A DNA stretch of 42,554 nt. Source: a virus. Lineage: Duplodnaviria; Heunggongvirae; Uroviricota; Caudoviricetes. This document shows positions 17,638 through 26,649 of the stretch, in pieces (the first letter of the stretch is position 1; each line of letters starts with the position of its first letter). The translations under genes and the position numbers were made by a program. The notes beneath the pieces are model-generated. The model was not told where the DNA came from and ran no database searches. It worked only from the letters and a program-made list of their open reading frames with translations. The DNA is taken from the IMG/VR virus record IMGVR_UViG_2802429237_000001, positions 1 to 42,554 of that record; one strand, given 5' to 3'.

Positions 17638-18175
17638 TTCTTTCTCCAATAATAACTGGCAATGGAATGAGTACCTCCCAGAATGGTTGATACCCTGCGT
17701 AAATCTGAGTTGTTTCTCCCTTCCAGTAAAGATCCAGCCTCTGAGATATTTCTACTGGGGAGCAGTTCAGATTTAACAAATTCATATCGCCTCTATGATA
17801 GTTCGACGATGAGTTGACTTGAAATATTGGGGTATCAAGTGGAAACTTTGAAAAACCTCTGAACCAGGCTGCTTCTTTTACAGACTCACATGCAAAAATT
17901 GATTGGAAACGCGATGGTTTTTCAGGGAAATGTGATTTTCTTCGTTCTTCCAGCAGTATTTCTATTATTGCTCCAAATCGTTCATCTGAGCTGACGAGGT
18001 TTATGTGGTAGTTGAAAAAAAGATTATTTGCATGCCTGGATACGCCGTCGGAAAACAATGAGCTCGTATGAGCCTGAAGTGGAACGATTGGGCAGTGCGG
18101 TTCAGTCAACTCAATTTTCATGCCTGACGTCAGTGTACGCAGCCTGTCAAGTGTGAAAAAAAGATGGTTCGCCAT
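17627..18175 (-). CDS. Hypothetical cargo protein (182 aa), opposite strand between Q-like gene and lysis genes
   Basis: ATG at 18175 with SD aggaaag; lower GC than flanks; no domain recognised. Confidence 0.6.
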   Translation of the reverse strand: MANHLFFTLDRLRTLTSGMKIELTEPHCPIVPLQAHTSSLFSDGVSRHANNLFFNYHINLVSSDERFGAIIEILLEERRKSHFPEKPSRFQSIFACESVKEAAWFRGFSKFPLDTPIFQVNSSSNYHRGDMNLLNLNCSPVEISQRLDLYWKGETTQIYAGYQPFWEVLIPLPVIIGERIIE

Positions 18176-18209
18176 ATTAATGCTTTCCTGCTGATATTGG
18201 TTATTTCTG

Positions 18210-18237
18210 TTGATTTAACGATATCAGGATATATAAG
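18210..18237 (+). promoter_or_regulatory. Candidate late promoter (PR'-like): ttgatt-N16-tataag
   Basis: -35-like ttgatt at 18210..18215 and -10-like tataag at 18232..18237; about 230 bp upstream of the holin gene and upstream of a terminator hairpin. Confidence 0.3.
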
Positions 18238-18342
18238 TGTAGTGAATACAATGCTGTAAAAGCGGTAGAGCAGCCTCCGCATCTGGTAGCCTGACTGGAT
18301 GAAATAGTGCAGTGATATTCCTAATAGCCACGATTAATAGAC

Positions 18343-18371
18343 CTCGGCATTTGCCGGGGTTTTTTATTTAA
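18343..18371 (+). terminator. tR'-like intrinsic terminator upstream of the lysis cassette
   Basis: cucggca-uu-ugccggg (one G-U pair) followed by guuuuuuauuu. Confidence 0.5.
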
Positions 18372-18465
18372 GGCCGCAGACAGGCCCATTTAGTGCAACG
18401 CCTTTCCCCGTTTCCGCTCCTGGAATATTCGGGGATTTTTTATTCCCTCAATTTGCACCCGCGAT

Positions 18466-18825
18466 ATGTGCGAGGTGAGAGATGATGAAATGCCTCATAA
18501 CCCAAATACCTGGCCGGACTGGCTGGAGTTGTTTCAGAGCTGGTGGCGTGGAGACACTCCGCTGGGCGCAGTGATTATGTCGATCGTTATGGCTGGTTTG
18601 CGCATCGCCTATTTTGGCGGTGGTGGGGGCTGGAAACGAAAAACGCTTGAGATTTTGCTCTGTGGTGCCCTGACGCTGACCTTTGCATCCGCGCTTGAGT
18701 ATGTCGGATGGCCTAAATCACTTTCTGTTGCCATTGGTGGAGGGGTGGGGCTGATTGGTGTTGATGCTATTCGTGGTGCGGCAATGAGGGTCATCGGTAA
18801 CAAGTTCGGTGCCCATAAGGAGTAA
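18466..18825 (+). CDS. S: Holin, lambda S-like class I
   Basis: Hydrophobic helices GAVIMSIVMAGLRIAYFGG, ILLCGALTLTFASALEYVGW, SVAIGGGVGLIGV arranged like lambda S; probable start at ATG 18490 (SD gaggtgaga) with upstream in-frame ATG at 18466. Confidence 0.8.
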   Translation: MCEVRDDEMPHNPNTWPDWLELFQSWWRGDTPLGAVIMSIVMAGLRIAYFGGGGGWKRKTLEILLCGALTLTFASALEYVGWPKSLSVAIGGGVGLIGVDAIRGAAMRVIGNKFGAHKE

Positions 18826-18828
18826 TTA

Positions 18829-19305
18829 ATGCAGACACTTAATTCCCAGCGTAAAGCTTTCCTTGATATGGTGGCATGGTCAGAAGGAACAGATAACGGA
18901 CGGCAGAAAACCAGAAATCACGGTTATGATGTTATTGTCGGTGGCGAACTGTTCACTGATTACTCCGATCACCCCCGCAAACTTGTCACGCTAAATCCGA
19001 AACTCAAATCAACAGCCGCCGGACGTTACCAGCTTCTTTCCCGTTGGTGGGATGCCTATCGTAAGCAACTTGGCCTGAAAGACTTCTCGCCGAAAAGCCA
19101 GGACGCTGTGGCACTGCAGCAGATTAAAGAGCGTGGCGCTTTACCGATGATTGACCGTGGCGATATTCGTCAGGCAATCGACCGTTGCAGCAATATCTGG
19201 GCGTCGTTACCTGGTGCAGGTTACGGTCAGTATGAACATAGAATCGGTGACCTGATTTCCCGATTTAAAGAAGCTGGTGGGGTGGTAAATGAAGCTGAGA
19301 TATAA
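18829..19305 (+). CDS. R: Endolysin, lambda R-like lytic transglycosylase
   Basis: 158 aa; NSQRKAFLDMVAWSEGTDNGRQKTRNHGYDVIVGGELFTDYSDHPRKLVTLNPKLKSTAAGRYQLLSRWWDAYRKQLGLKDFSPKSQDAVALQQIKERGALPMIDRGDIRQAIDRCSNIWASLPGAGYGQ is nearly identical to lambda R as I recall it. Confidence 0.9.
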   Translation: MQTLNSQRKAFLDMVAWSEGTDNGRQKTRNHGYDVIVGGELFTDYSDHPRKLVTLNPKLKSTAAGRYQLLSRWWDAYRKQLGLKDFSPKSQDAVALQQIKERGALPMIDRGDIRQAIDRCSNIWASLPGAGYGQYEHRIGDLISRFKEAGGVVNEAEI

Positions 19306-19681
19306 GCTGGTTATTGTTGCCTTCTTTGTTACCGTCATCGGTTCTTTTATCTGGTCTGCCGGGCATTACTACAGCAAATATCAACACGAAAAGGAGCGTG
19401 CTGATGAGGCTGTACGAAATGCTGAATCTGCAACAGCCATTACCAGTAACGTCCTGCAATCACTGCAAATCATCAATACAGTTATAGAGGCTAACCAGCA
19501 TGCAAAACAGCAGATCGCACTGGAGTCACAGAGAACCCAGGAAGATATCAAAGTGGCTGTTGCGGATGATGATTGTGCTGTTCGTATCGTTCCTTCTGGC
19601 GCAGTTAAGCGGTTGCACGAATACGCGAACGGTATACGTGTCGGTGCCGGTCGTTCCGTTACCAGCCAGTCTGACGGATGA
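19289..19681 (+). CDS. Rz: Rz-like i-spanin
   Basis: 130 aa; N-terminal TM helix LVIVAFFVTVIGSFIWSAGHYY then coiled-coil-like periplasmic domain; immediately follows the endolysin. Confidence 0.7.
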   Translation: MKLRYKLVIVAFFVTVIGSFIWSAGHYYSKYQHEKERADEAVRNAESATAITSNVLQSLQIINTVIEANQHAKQQIALESQRTQEDIKVAVADDDCAVRIVPSGAVKRLHEYANGIRVGAGRSVTSQSDG

Positions 19682-19844
19682 AACACCCCAGCCAGATTTA
19701 CCCGACCCGTTTACGTGGGGAGCCAGCATTAACCTGAATGTTGCGTTGTTGTCAGCGTTAGCACAGTGCAACAGGGATAAGGCTGATATCAGGACTTTTG
19801 AGAAAAATAGGGCAGCACAAACCAATGGCACGATTAAACGTTGA
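19566..19844 (+). CDS. Rz1: Rz1-like o-spanin lipoprotein, overlapping Rz in +1 frame
   Basis: Signal peptide MMIVLFVSFLLAQLSGC with lipobox LSGC; proline-rich mature part; starts inside Rz and extends 163 nt beyond it. Confidence 0.6.
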   Translation: MMIVLFVSFLLAQLSGCTNTRTVYVSVPVVPLPASLTDETPQPDLPDPFTWGASINLNVALLSALAQCNRDKADIRTFEKNRAAQTNGTIKR

Positions 19845-20010
19845 AGTTATCCCACCAGACAGCGAAACGATGAACGGGATTTTTGCAGAGATTGAACGTA
19901 AATATGCGCATCAGCCGATGACGCCAAAAGTTATCGATGAAATGCAACGCGAAGCGGCGCGCCTTGTACGGCGAGCGACAAACACGAAGGTTACGTTCGT
20001 TCGGGACTGA
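19825..20010 (+). CDS. Hypothetical small protein (61 aa)
   Basis: ATG at 19825 (track start 19798 is TTG); overlaps the Rz1 3' end; weak SD; followed by a perfect 10-bp hairpin. Confidence 0.3.
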   Translation: MARLNVEVIPPDSETMNGIFAEIERKYAHQPMTPKVIDEMQREAARLVRRATNTKVTFVRD

Positions 20011-20147
20011 CATTACAGAAGCTCCTTTGATAAGGAGCTTCGATAATGTCACTAAGAGGAAAAATTCATGGCAAAACCGGACTGGGAGGCCATCGAATCG
20101 GTGCCCCGGGCCAGATTGCTCTCTCCGTTAAATCAGAACTCAAAATC

Positions 20148-20609
20148 CTATCCGTGGAAAATATTTGCATCCAAATCATCTATGAGATTAGACCTAACTG
20201 ATTCATAATTTTTCCCATATGCGGCCCCTTTACCTGAATGGGTTACATGCCCAATAGGACCGTACAGAAGTATAGAGATTGTGAATGATATTTCATCAGA
20301 AATGCCGCCTATCTTTTGAAACCAAAGTTCCGGGTTACGATTCCGGTCGGTTACAACGTCAAATACAAGCGCGATAAGATCTGGGAGATAGTACATGTTA
20401 AATCCGCCATTTGGGGTCAACTCGAGATTCAACAGGTCTTTGATGGAGGGATAATTGCTTACATCATCCTGAATGCCATTCTTAAGAGCTGTAAACACAA
20501 AGTTCAGCATTTCAGCAACTTTATCTTTGTTTGGTTCTACTCCATTTCTGAAGGACCGCTCTCCAGATTCATATTTTTCAACACAAAAATCTAATAAATT
20601 CATTATCAT
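20148..20609 (-). CDS. Hypothetical cargo protein (about 151 aa) at the lambda bor position
   Basis: Opposite-strand AT-rich ORF between lysis cassette and terminase; probable start ATG at 20603; its RBS overlaps the terS RBS on the other strand; no domain recognised. Confidence 0.6.
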   Translation of the reverse strand: MIMNLLDFCVEKYESGERSFRNGVEPNKDKVAEMLNFVFTALKNGIQDDVSNYPSIKDLLNLELTPNGGFNMYYLPDLIALVFDVVTDRNRNPELWFQKIGGISDEISFTISILLYGPIGHVTHSGKGAAYGKNYESVRSNLIDDLDANIFHG

Positions 20610-20625
20610 TCCCCGAGGTAACTAA

Positions 20626-21177
20626 ATGGCGCTCACCGACAAACAAGAGATGTTCTGTCGCGAGTACCTCATCGATTTAAACGCCACGCAAGCGGCTATT
20701 CGGGCGGGGTACAGCGCTAAGACAGCTAACCGTACCGCATCCGAAAACCTGTCAAAACCTGACATCAAGTTAAGAATCGCCGAACTGAAAGCGCAACGCA
20801 ATGATCTTGTTGGTATTAATGCAGAATATGTACTTAATCGCCTTATTGAAATCGACCAGATGGATGTGCTTGACATTCTCCTGCAAAACGGTGAGCTAAA
20901 ACCCATTAAAGACTGGCCTAAGGTATGGCGCACAACGCTATCAGGAATGGATGTCGTGGAGATGGTATCCGCAGATAGCGCCGCACTTCTGAAGAAAATC
21001 AAATGGCCTGATAAGGTTAAAAACCTTGAGTTGCTTGGGCGCCATGTTTCTGTTCAGGCGTTTAAAGACAACGTCAAAAATGAAGTGACTGGCGCTGATG
21101 GAGGTCCAGTCAGAACAGAAATTACCAACTTAACGCCGGAGCAGGTTGCAGAGGCGTATAGAAAAATGATGGGCTAA
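20626..21177 (+). CDS. Terminase small subunit
   Basis: 183 aa; N-terminus [30 protein letters not shown] typical of small terminase subunits; directly precedes the large subunit. Confidence 0.8.
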   Translation: MALTDKQEMFCREYLIDLNATQAAIRAGYSAKTANRTASENLSKPDIKLRIAELKAQRNDLVGINAEYVLNRLIEIDQMDVLDILLQNGELKPIKDWPKVWRTTLSGMDVVEMVSADSAALLKKIKWPDKVKNLELLGRHVSVQAFKDNVKNEVTGADGGPVRTEITNLTPEQVAEAYRKMMG

Positions 21178-21179
21178 GT

Positions 21180-22802
21180 ATGCCGTTACCATTCCCCTTC
21201 GATTTTAAGCATCCTGATTACCAGATGGTTTTTGAATGGCGGATGGAACGCTTACAGCGCATTCGCCAGAACCCTGAAATATTGCCTGCACTAAAACAGT
21301 TTTACCGAACCAATCCGGCTCAGTTCATCATCGACTGGGGCATGACAACGGACCCGCGTAATATTGATTATGGCCTGCCGGTGACCATTCCGTTTTTACT
21401 CTTCCCTAAGCAGGAGGAGTGGATCCACTGGATTATGGAACGCTGGGGCAATCGGGAGAATGGTATTACCGAAAAATCCCGTGAAATGGGGCTCAGTTGG
21501 ACCGCGATCGGACTGGCATGCTCGCTTTGTCTCTTCAACAAAGAAATGGTTATCGGTTTCGGCTCCCGTAAAGAGGAATACGTCGACAGCACTGGTGACC
21601 CGAAAGCATTGTTCTGGAAGGCACGCAAGTTCGTGGAAACGCTACCTGTAGAGTTTCGCGGTTCGTGGAGTGAGAAGAAGCACGCGCCATATATGCGTGT
21701 TGAGTTTCCTGAAACTGGTGCCGTTATCAAAGGCGAGGCTGGCGATAATATTGGTCGTGGTGACCGTACCACGCTTTATCTGGTTGATGAGGCTGCATTC
21801 CTTCAGCGTCCTCTGCTGATTGATGCGGCGTTGTCACAAACGACGCGTTGCCGTATCGACCTGAGTTCAGTTAACGGCATGGCTAACCCGTTCGCTCAGA
21901 AGCGTCATGGCGGGAAGATACCGGTATTCACATTCCACTGGCGGGATGATCCTCGCAAGGATGAAGAGTGGTATCGCAGGGAATGCGAGAAAATCGATAA
22001 TCCGGTGGTGGTGGCACAGGAACTTGATCTGAACTACAGCGCATCAGCGGAAGGCGTTCTGATTCCATCCGAATGGGTACAGGCTGCCGTTGATGCGCAT
22101 ATCAAACTGGGTATCCAGCCAACAGGCAAACGACTTGGCGCGATGGATGTCGCCGACGAAGGCAGGGACAAAAATGCCTTTTCCACCCGTCATGGCTTCC
22201 TCCTGGAAAATGTGCGGGAATGGTCCGGTGTGGGCAGCGACATTTATCAGTCCGTCGAGAAGGTTTTCGGCTTTTGCGAACAGGACAACCTCGAAGAGTT
22301 TCGCTTTGACGAGGACGGGCTGGGCGCTGGCGTTCGCGGCGATGCACGCGCTATCAACGAACTGCGTAACGCTGCGCGTCGACCGTCAATACTTGCCACA
22401 CCGTTTCGAGGTAGTGGCGCGGTATTTGATCCGGATGATGAAGCTGTTCGCGGGGACAACGGGCAAGCCGCACGTCTGAACAAGGACTTCTTCGCTAACG
22501 CCAAAGCCCAGAGCTGGTGGCGGTTACGTAAACTTTTTCAGAATACCTGGCGCGCCGTGGTTGAAGGTATGGCTTACAACTCGGACGAAATCATCTCAAT
22601 CAGCAGTAGCATGGCACTCAAAGATAAACTCATCATCGAGCTTTCGCAGCCGACCTATTCCATTAATGGTGTGGGAAAAATCGTTATTGATAAACAGCCT
22701 GATGGAACCCGATCGCCAAACCTTGCCGACTCGGTGATGATCAACTATGCCCCAATGAATTCAGCCCTGAACATCTGGGAGCTGCTAGGGAGACAGGCCT
22801 GA
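21180..22802 (+). CDS. Terminase large subunit
   Basis: 540 aa; position between terS and portal; nuclease-like acidic segments ([11 protein letters not shown]). Confidence 0.85.
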   Translation: MPLPFPFDFKHPDYQMVFEWRMERLQRIRQNPEILPALKQFYRTNPAQFIIDWGMTTDPRNIDYGLPVTIPFLLFPKQEEWIHWIMERWGNRENGITEKSREMGLSWTAIGLACSLCLFNKEMVIGFGSRKEEYVDSTGDPKALFWKARKFVETLPVEFRGSWSEKKHAPYMRVEFPETGAVIKGEAGDNIGRGDRTTLYLVDEAAFLQRPLLIDAALSQTTRCRIDLSSVNGMANPFAQKRHGGKIPVFTFHWRDDPRKDEEWYRRECEKIDNPVVVAQELDLNYSASAEGVLIPSEWVQAAVDAHIKLGIQPTGKRLGAMDVADEGRDKNAFSTRHGFLLENVREWSGVGSDIYQSVEKVFGFCEQDNLEEFRFDEDGLGAGVRGDARAINELRNAARRPSILATPFRGSGAVFDPDDEAVRGDNGQAARLNKDFFANAKAQSWWRLRKLFQNTWRAVVEGMAYNSDEIISISSSMALKDKLIIELSQPTYSINGVGKIVIDKQPDGTRSPNLADSVMINYAPMNSALNIWELLGRQA

Positions 22803-24268
22803 TGGCACGAAACAAACAAGCCCTGCGGCGAACTGCGCAGGCCACAGCTGATGGTTATGAGAATTTTATTGCCCGCGTAGGGATGCAGACACCTAACCAG
22901 CACTCAGCATCCACCTACCGGGCTAATTTCACCAGTCGTAACCGCATGCTGGTGGAATGGTCCTATCGTTCATCCTGGATCATCGGCGAAGCAGTCGATG
23001 CTATCCCGGATGATATGACCCGCAAAGGCATTCGCATCACTTCGGAAATTGATGCAAAAGATCGTGGCATTCTCGAATCACAACTGGATGAGTTGCAAAT
23101 CTGGGATGCGCTGAATGACGTGCTGAAATGGTCGCGCCTCTACGGCGGCGCGGTGGGTTTCATCATGATTGAGGGGCAGGCACCAATGACCCCGCTGCGA
23201 CCCGAAACCATCGGTAAGGGCAAGTTTAAGGGGATTCTCCCGCTCGACCGCTGGATGATCGACCCGGTACTGACCCGCCGCATTAAAGATATGGGGCCGG
23301 ACCTGGGTAAACCTGAGTTTTACGATGTGGTGACCACAGCAACGGGAATTCCTGCCTGGCGCATTCATCACAGTCGCCTGATTCGCTTTGATGGCGTCAC
23401 GCTGCCATTTCAGCAGAAGATGACCGAGAACGAATGGGGAATGTCGGTTGTAGAGCGTATCTGGGATCGTCTTACCGCGTTCGACAGCGCTACTGTCGGC
23501 GCGGCGCAGCTGGTCTACAAAGCGCATTTGCGTACCTACAGCGTGGAGAAGCTACGCGAGCTTATCGCACTTGGTGGTCCTGCGTATGAAGCGTTGCTGA
23601 AGAATATTGACCTGATTCGACAGTTCCAGAGCAATGAAGGCATGACTCTCATGGACTCGCGGGATAAGTTTGAAACCCATCAGTACAGCTTCAGTGGTCT
23701 GGATGACATCCTTTCACAGTTTGCAGAACAGATTAGTGGCGCTGTTGGTATCCCACTGGTGCGGTTGTTCGGACAGTCCCCGAAGGGATTTTCTACCGGC
23801 GATGCAGACCTTGCCAACTATTACGACCGGGTAAGCTCGTTGCAGGAGAGGCGTTTACGTCTTCCGGTGCGGCGGATACTGGACATCATGCATCGTTCGG
23901 AACTTGGCAAGCCGCTCCCGGATGATTTCACGTTTGAGTTTAACCCGCTCTGGCAAATGTCTGATGTCGATCGTTCAACGGTGGCGTTAAATACCACCAA
24001 CGCAATCAGTACAGCGCTGGGTGATGGTCTGATGACACTGAAAGCCGCTATGACTGATTTGCGCGAAAATTCTGACGTAACCGGCATCGGGGCATCCATT
24101 ACCGACGAGGACATAGAGAATGCCGAAGACGAAGCGCCGCCCGGCATCGGCGAACCTGATGACGAACCGCAGGAACCGTCAGGCGGAAATCCGGTATCGA
24201 ACCAGTCTACGCAGGATAGCGCGGGCGGTCGGGGACATCGTAAATGGTCGCTACGATGGTTCAAATGA
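22802..24268 (+). CDS. Portal protein (Mu gp29-like)
   Basis: 488 aa; start overlaps terL stop (TGATG); acidic C-terminal tail; canonical position. Confidence 0.75.
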   Translation: MARNKQALRRTAQATADGYENFIARVGMQTPNQHSASTYRANFTSRNRMLVEWSYRSSWIIGEAVDAIPDDMTRKGIRITSEIDAKDRGILESQLDELQIWDALNDVLKWSRLYGGAVGFIMIEGQAPMTPLRPETIGKGKFKGILPLDRWMIDPVLTRRIKDMGPDLGKPEFYDVVTTATGIPAWRIHHSRLIRFDGVTLPFQQKMTENEWGMSVVERIWDRLTAFDSATVGAAQLVYKAHLRTYSVEKLRELIALGGPAYEALLKNIDLIRQFQSNEGMTLMDSRDKFETHQYSFSGLDDILSQFAEQISGAVGIPLVRLFGQSPKGFSTGDADLANYYDRVSSLQERRLRLPVRRILDIMHRSELGKPLPDDFTFEFNPLWQMSDVDRSTVALNTTNAISTALGDGLMTLKAAMTDLRENSDVTGIGASITDEDIENAEDEAPPGIGEPDDEPQEPSGGNPVSNQSTQDSAGGRGHRKWSLRWFK

Positions 24269-24893
24269 CAGTATCACGGAAATTATTGAGGCGCTGGAAC
24301 GCTACAGTGAAATCATCACCCCCTGGGCGACAAAGGTCGCGGAAAACTTTACCGCCGACATTGTGCGCAAGAATGATGAGCAGTGGCGTAAACACAGCAA
24401 AACCATCAGCCGTGAGCTACGCAATCTGGTAAACAGTGCCCCTCCAGGGCAGGTGATGAAATCCATCGTTGCTGAACAGGTTAAGTACATCAAATCGCTA
24501 CCCCTCGAGGCGGCTGACAGGGTGTACGACATCCAGAATCGGGCGATAGAAGCTGTTGTTACCGGTGGGAGAGCGGAACATTTTGCTAAAGAAATAGCCG
24601 CATCGGGTGATATAGCAAAGTCCAGAGCTGACCTGATTGCCCGTACTGAACTTGGACGTGCAACCGGAGCGCTGGATCAGGCGCGTGCGCTGTCAATTGG
24701 TTCGAATGGTTATATCTGGCGTACAGCCGAAGATGGTGACGTCAGGCATTCTCATCAGGAAATGGAAGGTAAATTTGTCGAATGGGGCAAACCTCCAACG
24801 CTTGACGGCATGACAGGTCATGCTGGCGAGCTCCCGAATTGTCGCTGTTATAAAGAAATCGTTTTTCCCACCTCCCAATCTTATCCCGCCTGA
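24120..24893 (+). CDS. Head morphogenesis protein, Mu F-like
   Basis: 257 aa; C-terminal segment WRTAEDGDVRHSHQEMEGKFVEWGKPP...GELPNCRCY resembles the Mu F/SPP1 gp7 family; start uncertain (149-nt overlap with portal). Confidence 0.7.
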   Translation: MPKTKRRPASANLMTNRRNRQAEIRYRTSLRRIARAVGDIVNGRYDGSNDSITEIIEALERYSEIITPWATKVAENFTADIVRKNDEQWRKHSKTISRELRNLVNSAPPGQVMKSIVAEQVKYIKSLPLEAADRVYDIQNRAIEAVVTGGRAEHFAKEIAASGDIAKSRADLIARTELGRATGALDQARALSIGSNGYIWRTAEDGDVRHSHQEMEGKFVEWGKPPTLDGMTGHAGELPNCRCYKEIVFPTSQSYPA

Positions 24894-24907
24894 ATCGCAG
24901 GTAACCC

Positions 24908-26128
24908 ATGAAATATTTTTTCAATACCCGGCTGGGAGAAACCCGCTACCAGCTGGCTGACGGCTCGTTGCTGTGCAAAGACGTGCCGATAGGACGAACA
25001 GGTAAGCAGCTCTATGGTGCTGATGACCTGCCAAAACTGAAACCCGATAAGTTCGGTGAAATAGTCGTCACACGTTCTCCTGAGCAGGTATTCCATCCGG
25101 CCACGCTTGCCTCATTCGAAGGGATGAGCATCACGATCCTGCATCCTGAAGATGAAAACGGGAATGTGCGGCTAGTAAATCCCGAGAACTGGAAAGAGCT
25201 TGCTGTCGGGCATCTTCAGAATGTCCGGCGCGGGACGGGTGAGCAGTCTGATTTGATGCTGGCTGACCTTATCGTCAAAGACGAAAACGCCATTCAGCTT
25301 ATCGAAGATGGCCTGCGTGAAGTGTCGTGCGGCTATGACGCGGAGTACGAGCAGACCGAGCTAGGTAAAGCCGAGCAGGTCGATATTACCGGAAACCATG
25401 TGGCTCTTGTCCCCAAAGGCAGAGCCGGAAATCGTTGTGCAATTGGAGACAGAGACACAATGGCAAATCAAAAGAAAAACTGGTGGAACCGCATGCGTGC
25501 AGCCATCAAGACAGGAGATGCCGACACCATGAACGAACTGGTGGAGTCGGCTCCCGCATCGGTTACAGGAGATGAGGGGGATTTGCCGCAGGGCGTTAAT
25601 CTCAACATCAACCTGTCCCCGCAGCAACCACTACCGGACAAAGCACCAGAGATGGGTGGAGGTCCAACCGGCGACAGTGATGATGACCTCAAAACATTAC
25701 TGAAAGCCCTGCTGGCTAAGCTGGAAGGAAATGCCACGGGCGATAACGATAATAAGCCTGACGATAATCCGACCGGTGACGGCGAGGACGATGAAGAGGA
25801 AACCACGATTACTGGTGACTCAGCCTGGCGTGCCGAAGTTATCGTTCCGGGTATCGATCTGAGCCGTAAGATGAAACCGACCGAGTTCAAACGCGAGGTT
25901 CTGGCTTCCGCAGATAAAATGCTGGTTCGCCAGATCGTCGGTGATGCGGATATCCGCAAATTGCCGAAACAATCGGTCGACATGGCGTTTAATGCCGTGT
26001 CTGAGATTGCCAAAGGGCGCAACACCCGCGCCACCACCGGCGATGCACAGCGCCTAAACATGGGCATGACCAGTATCGCTTCCCTGAACAAACAAAACGC
26101 TGAATTCTGGGCAAACCGTAAAGGGTAA
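24908..26128 (+). CDS. Putative head scaffold/prohead protease-like protein
   Basis: 406 aa; acidic Gly/Asp-rich central linker; located between the Mu F-like gene and capsid genes. Confidence 0.55.
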   Translation: MKYFFNTRLGETRYQLADGSLLCKDVPIGRTGKQLYGADDLPKLKPDKFGEIVVTRSPEQVFHPATLASFEGMSITILHPEDENGNVRLVNPENWKELAVGHLQNVRRGTGEQSDLMLADLIVKDENAIQLIEDGLREVSCGYDAEYEQTELGKAEQVDITGNHVALVPKGRAGNRCAIGDRDTMANQKKNWWNRMRAAIKTGDADTMNELVESAPASVTGDEGDLPQGVNLNINLSPQQPLPDKAPEMGGGPTGDSDDDLKTLLKALLAKLEGNATGDNDNKPDDNPTGDGEDDEEETTITGDSAWRAEVIVPGIDLSRKMKPTEFKREVLASADKMLVRQIVGDADIRKLPKQSVDMAFNAVSEIAKGRNTRATTGDAQRLNMGMTSIASLNKQNAEFWANRKG

Positions 26129-26131
26129 AAA

Positions 26132-26638
26132 ATGAATAATGTATTTCTGTACCGGATGCCTGTTGGCATTGCCGGGGCTATCTCTCGCCCGCAGGACTTA
26201 ACCGTCGAACCGGTGGTCCTTAAATCCGATAACGCCTTCGCTGCCTATGGCCTGGCTGGTAAATACGATGATGACGGTTTTTTCGTGCCGCTGGCAGATG
26301 GTGATACCGCAGACAAGGTGAAGGGGATCTACGTGCGCCCTTATCCGACCACTTCGCAGCCGGACATGGTTCGCCAGGTGGGGACTGGCAAGAACTTCCC
26401 GGGCGACGCCATGAAGCGTGGCTACGTGACCATTAATCTCGGTTCTGATTTTGATGCCAGCACCATCAAAAAAGGCGACCCGGTATACGTTGTCGTCTCC
26501 ACTGATGAATCCATCAAAGTGCCCCTGGGTGGATTCATGGCCACGTCAGTCAGTGGCAAAAACGTGGTGCTGACCAACGCTGAATTCACAGGTGCCGGTG
26601 ATGCTGACGGCAATGCAGAAATTTCCTGGAAGATTTAA
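26132..26638 (+). CDS. Putative head decoration/accessory protein
   Basis: 168 aa with SD aagggtaaaa; immediately upstream of the major capsid gene. Confidence 0.5.
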   Translation: MNNVFLYRMPVGIAGAISRPQDLTVEPVVLKSDNAFAAYGLAGKYDDDGFFVPLADGDTADKVKGIYVRPYPTTSQPDMVRQVGTGKNFPGDAMKRGYVTINLGSDFDASTIKKGDPVYVVVSTDESIKVPLGGFMATSVSGKNVVLTNAEFTGAGDADGNAEISWKI

Positions 26639-26649
26639 GGAACAGACGA

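Noticed and set aside
17312-18465. Shiga toxin or other known toxin cargo between the Q-like gene and the holin
   Set aside because: The two cargo ORFs here do not resemble StxA/StxB or other toxins I recognise; their function is left open.
25468-26169. 233-aa minus-strand ORF antisense to the scaffold-like gene
   Set aside because: Ser/Pro/Ala-rich low-complexity shadow ORF inside a coupled late operon; no start context.
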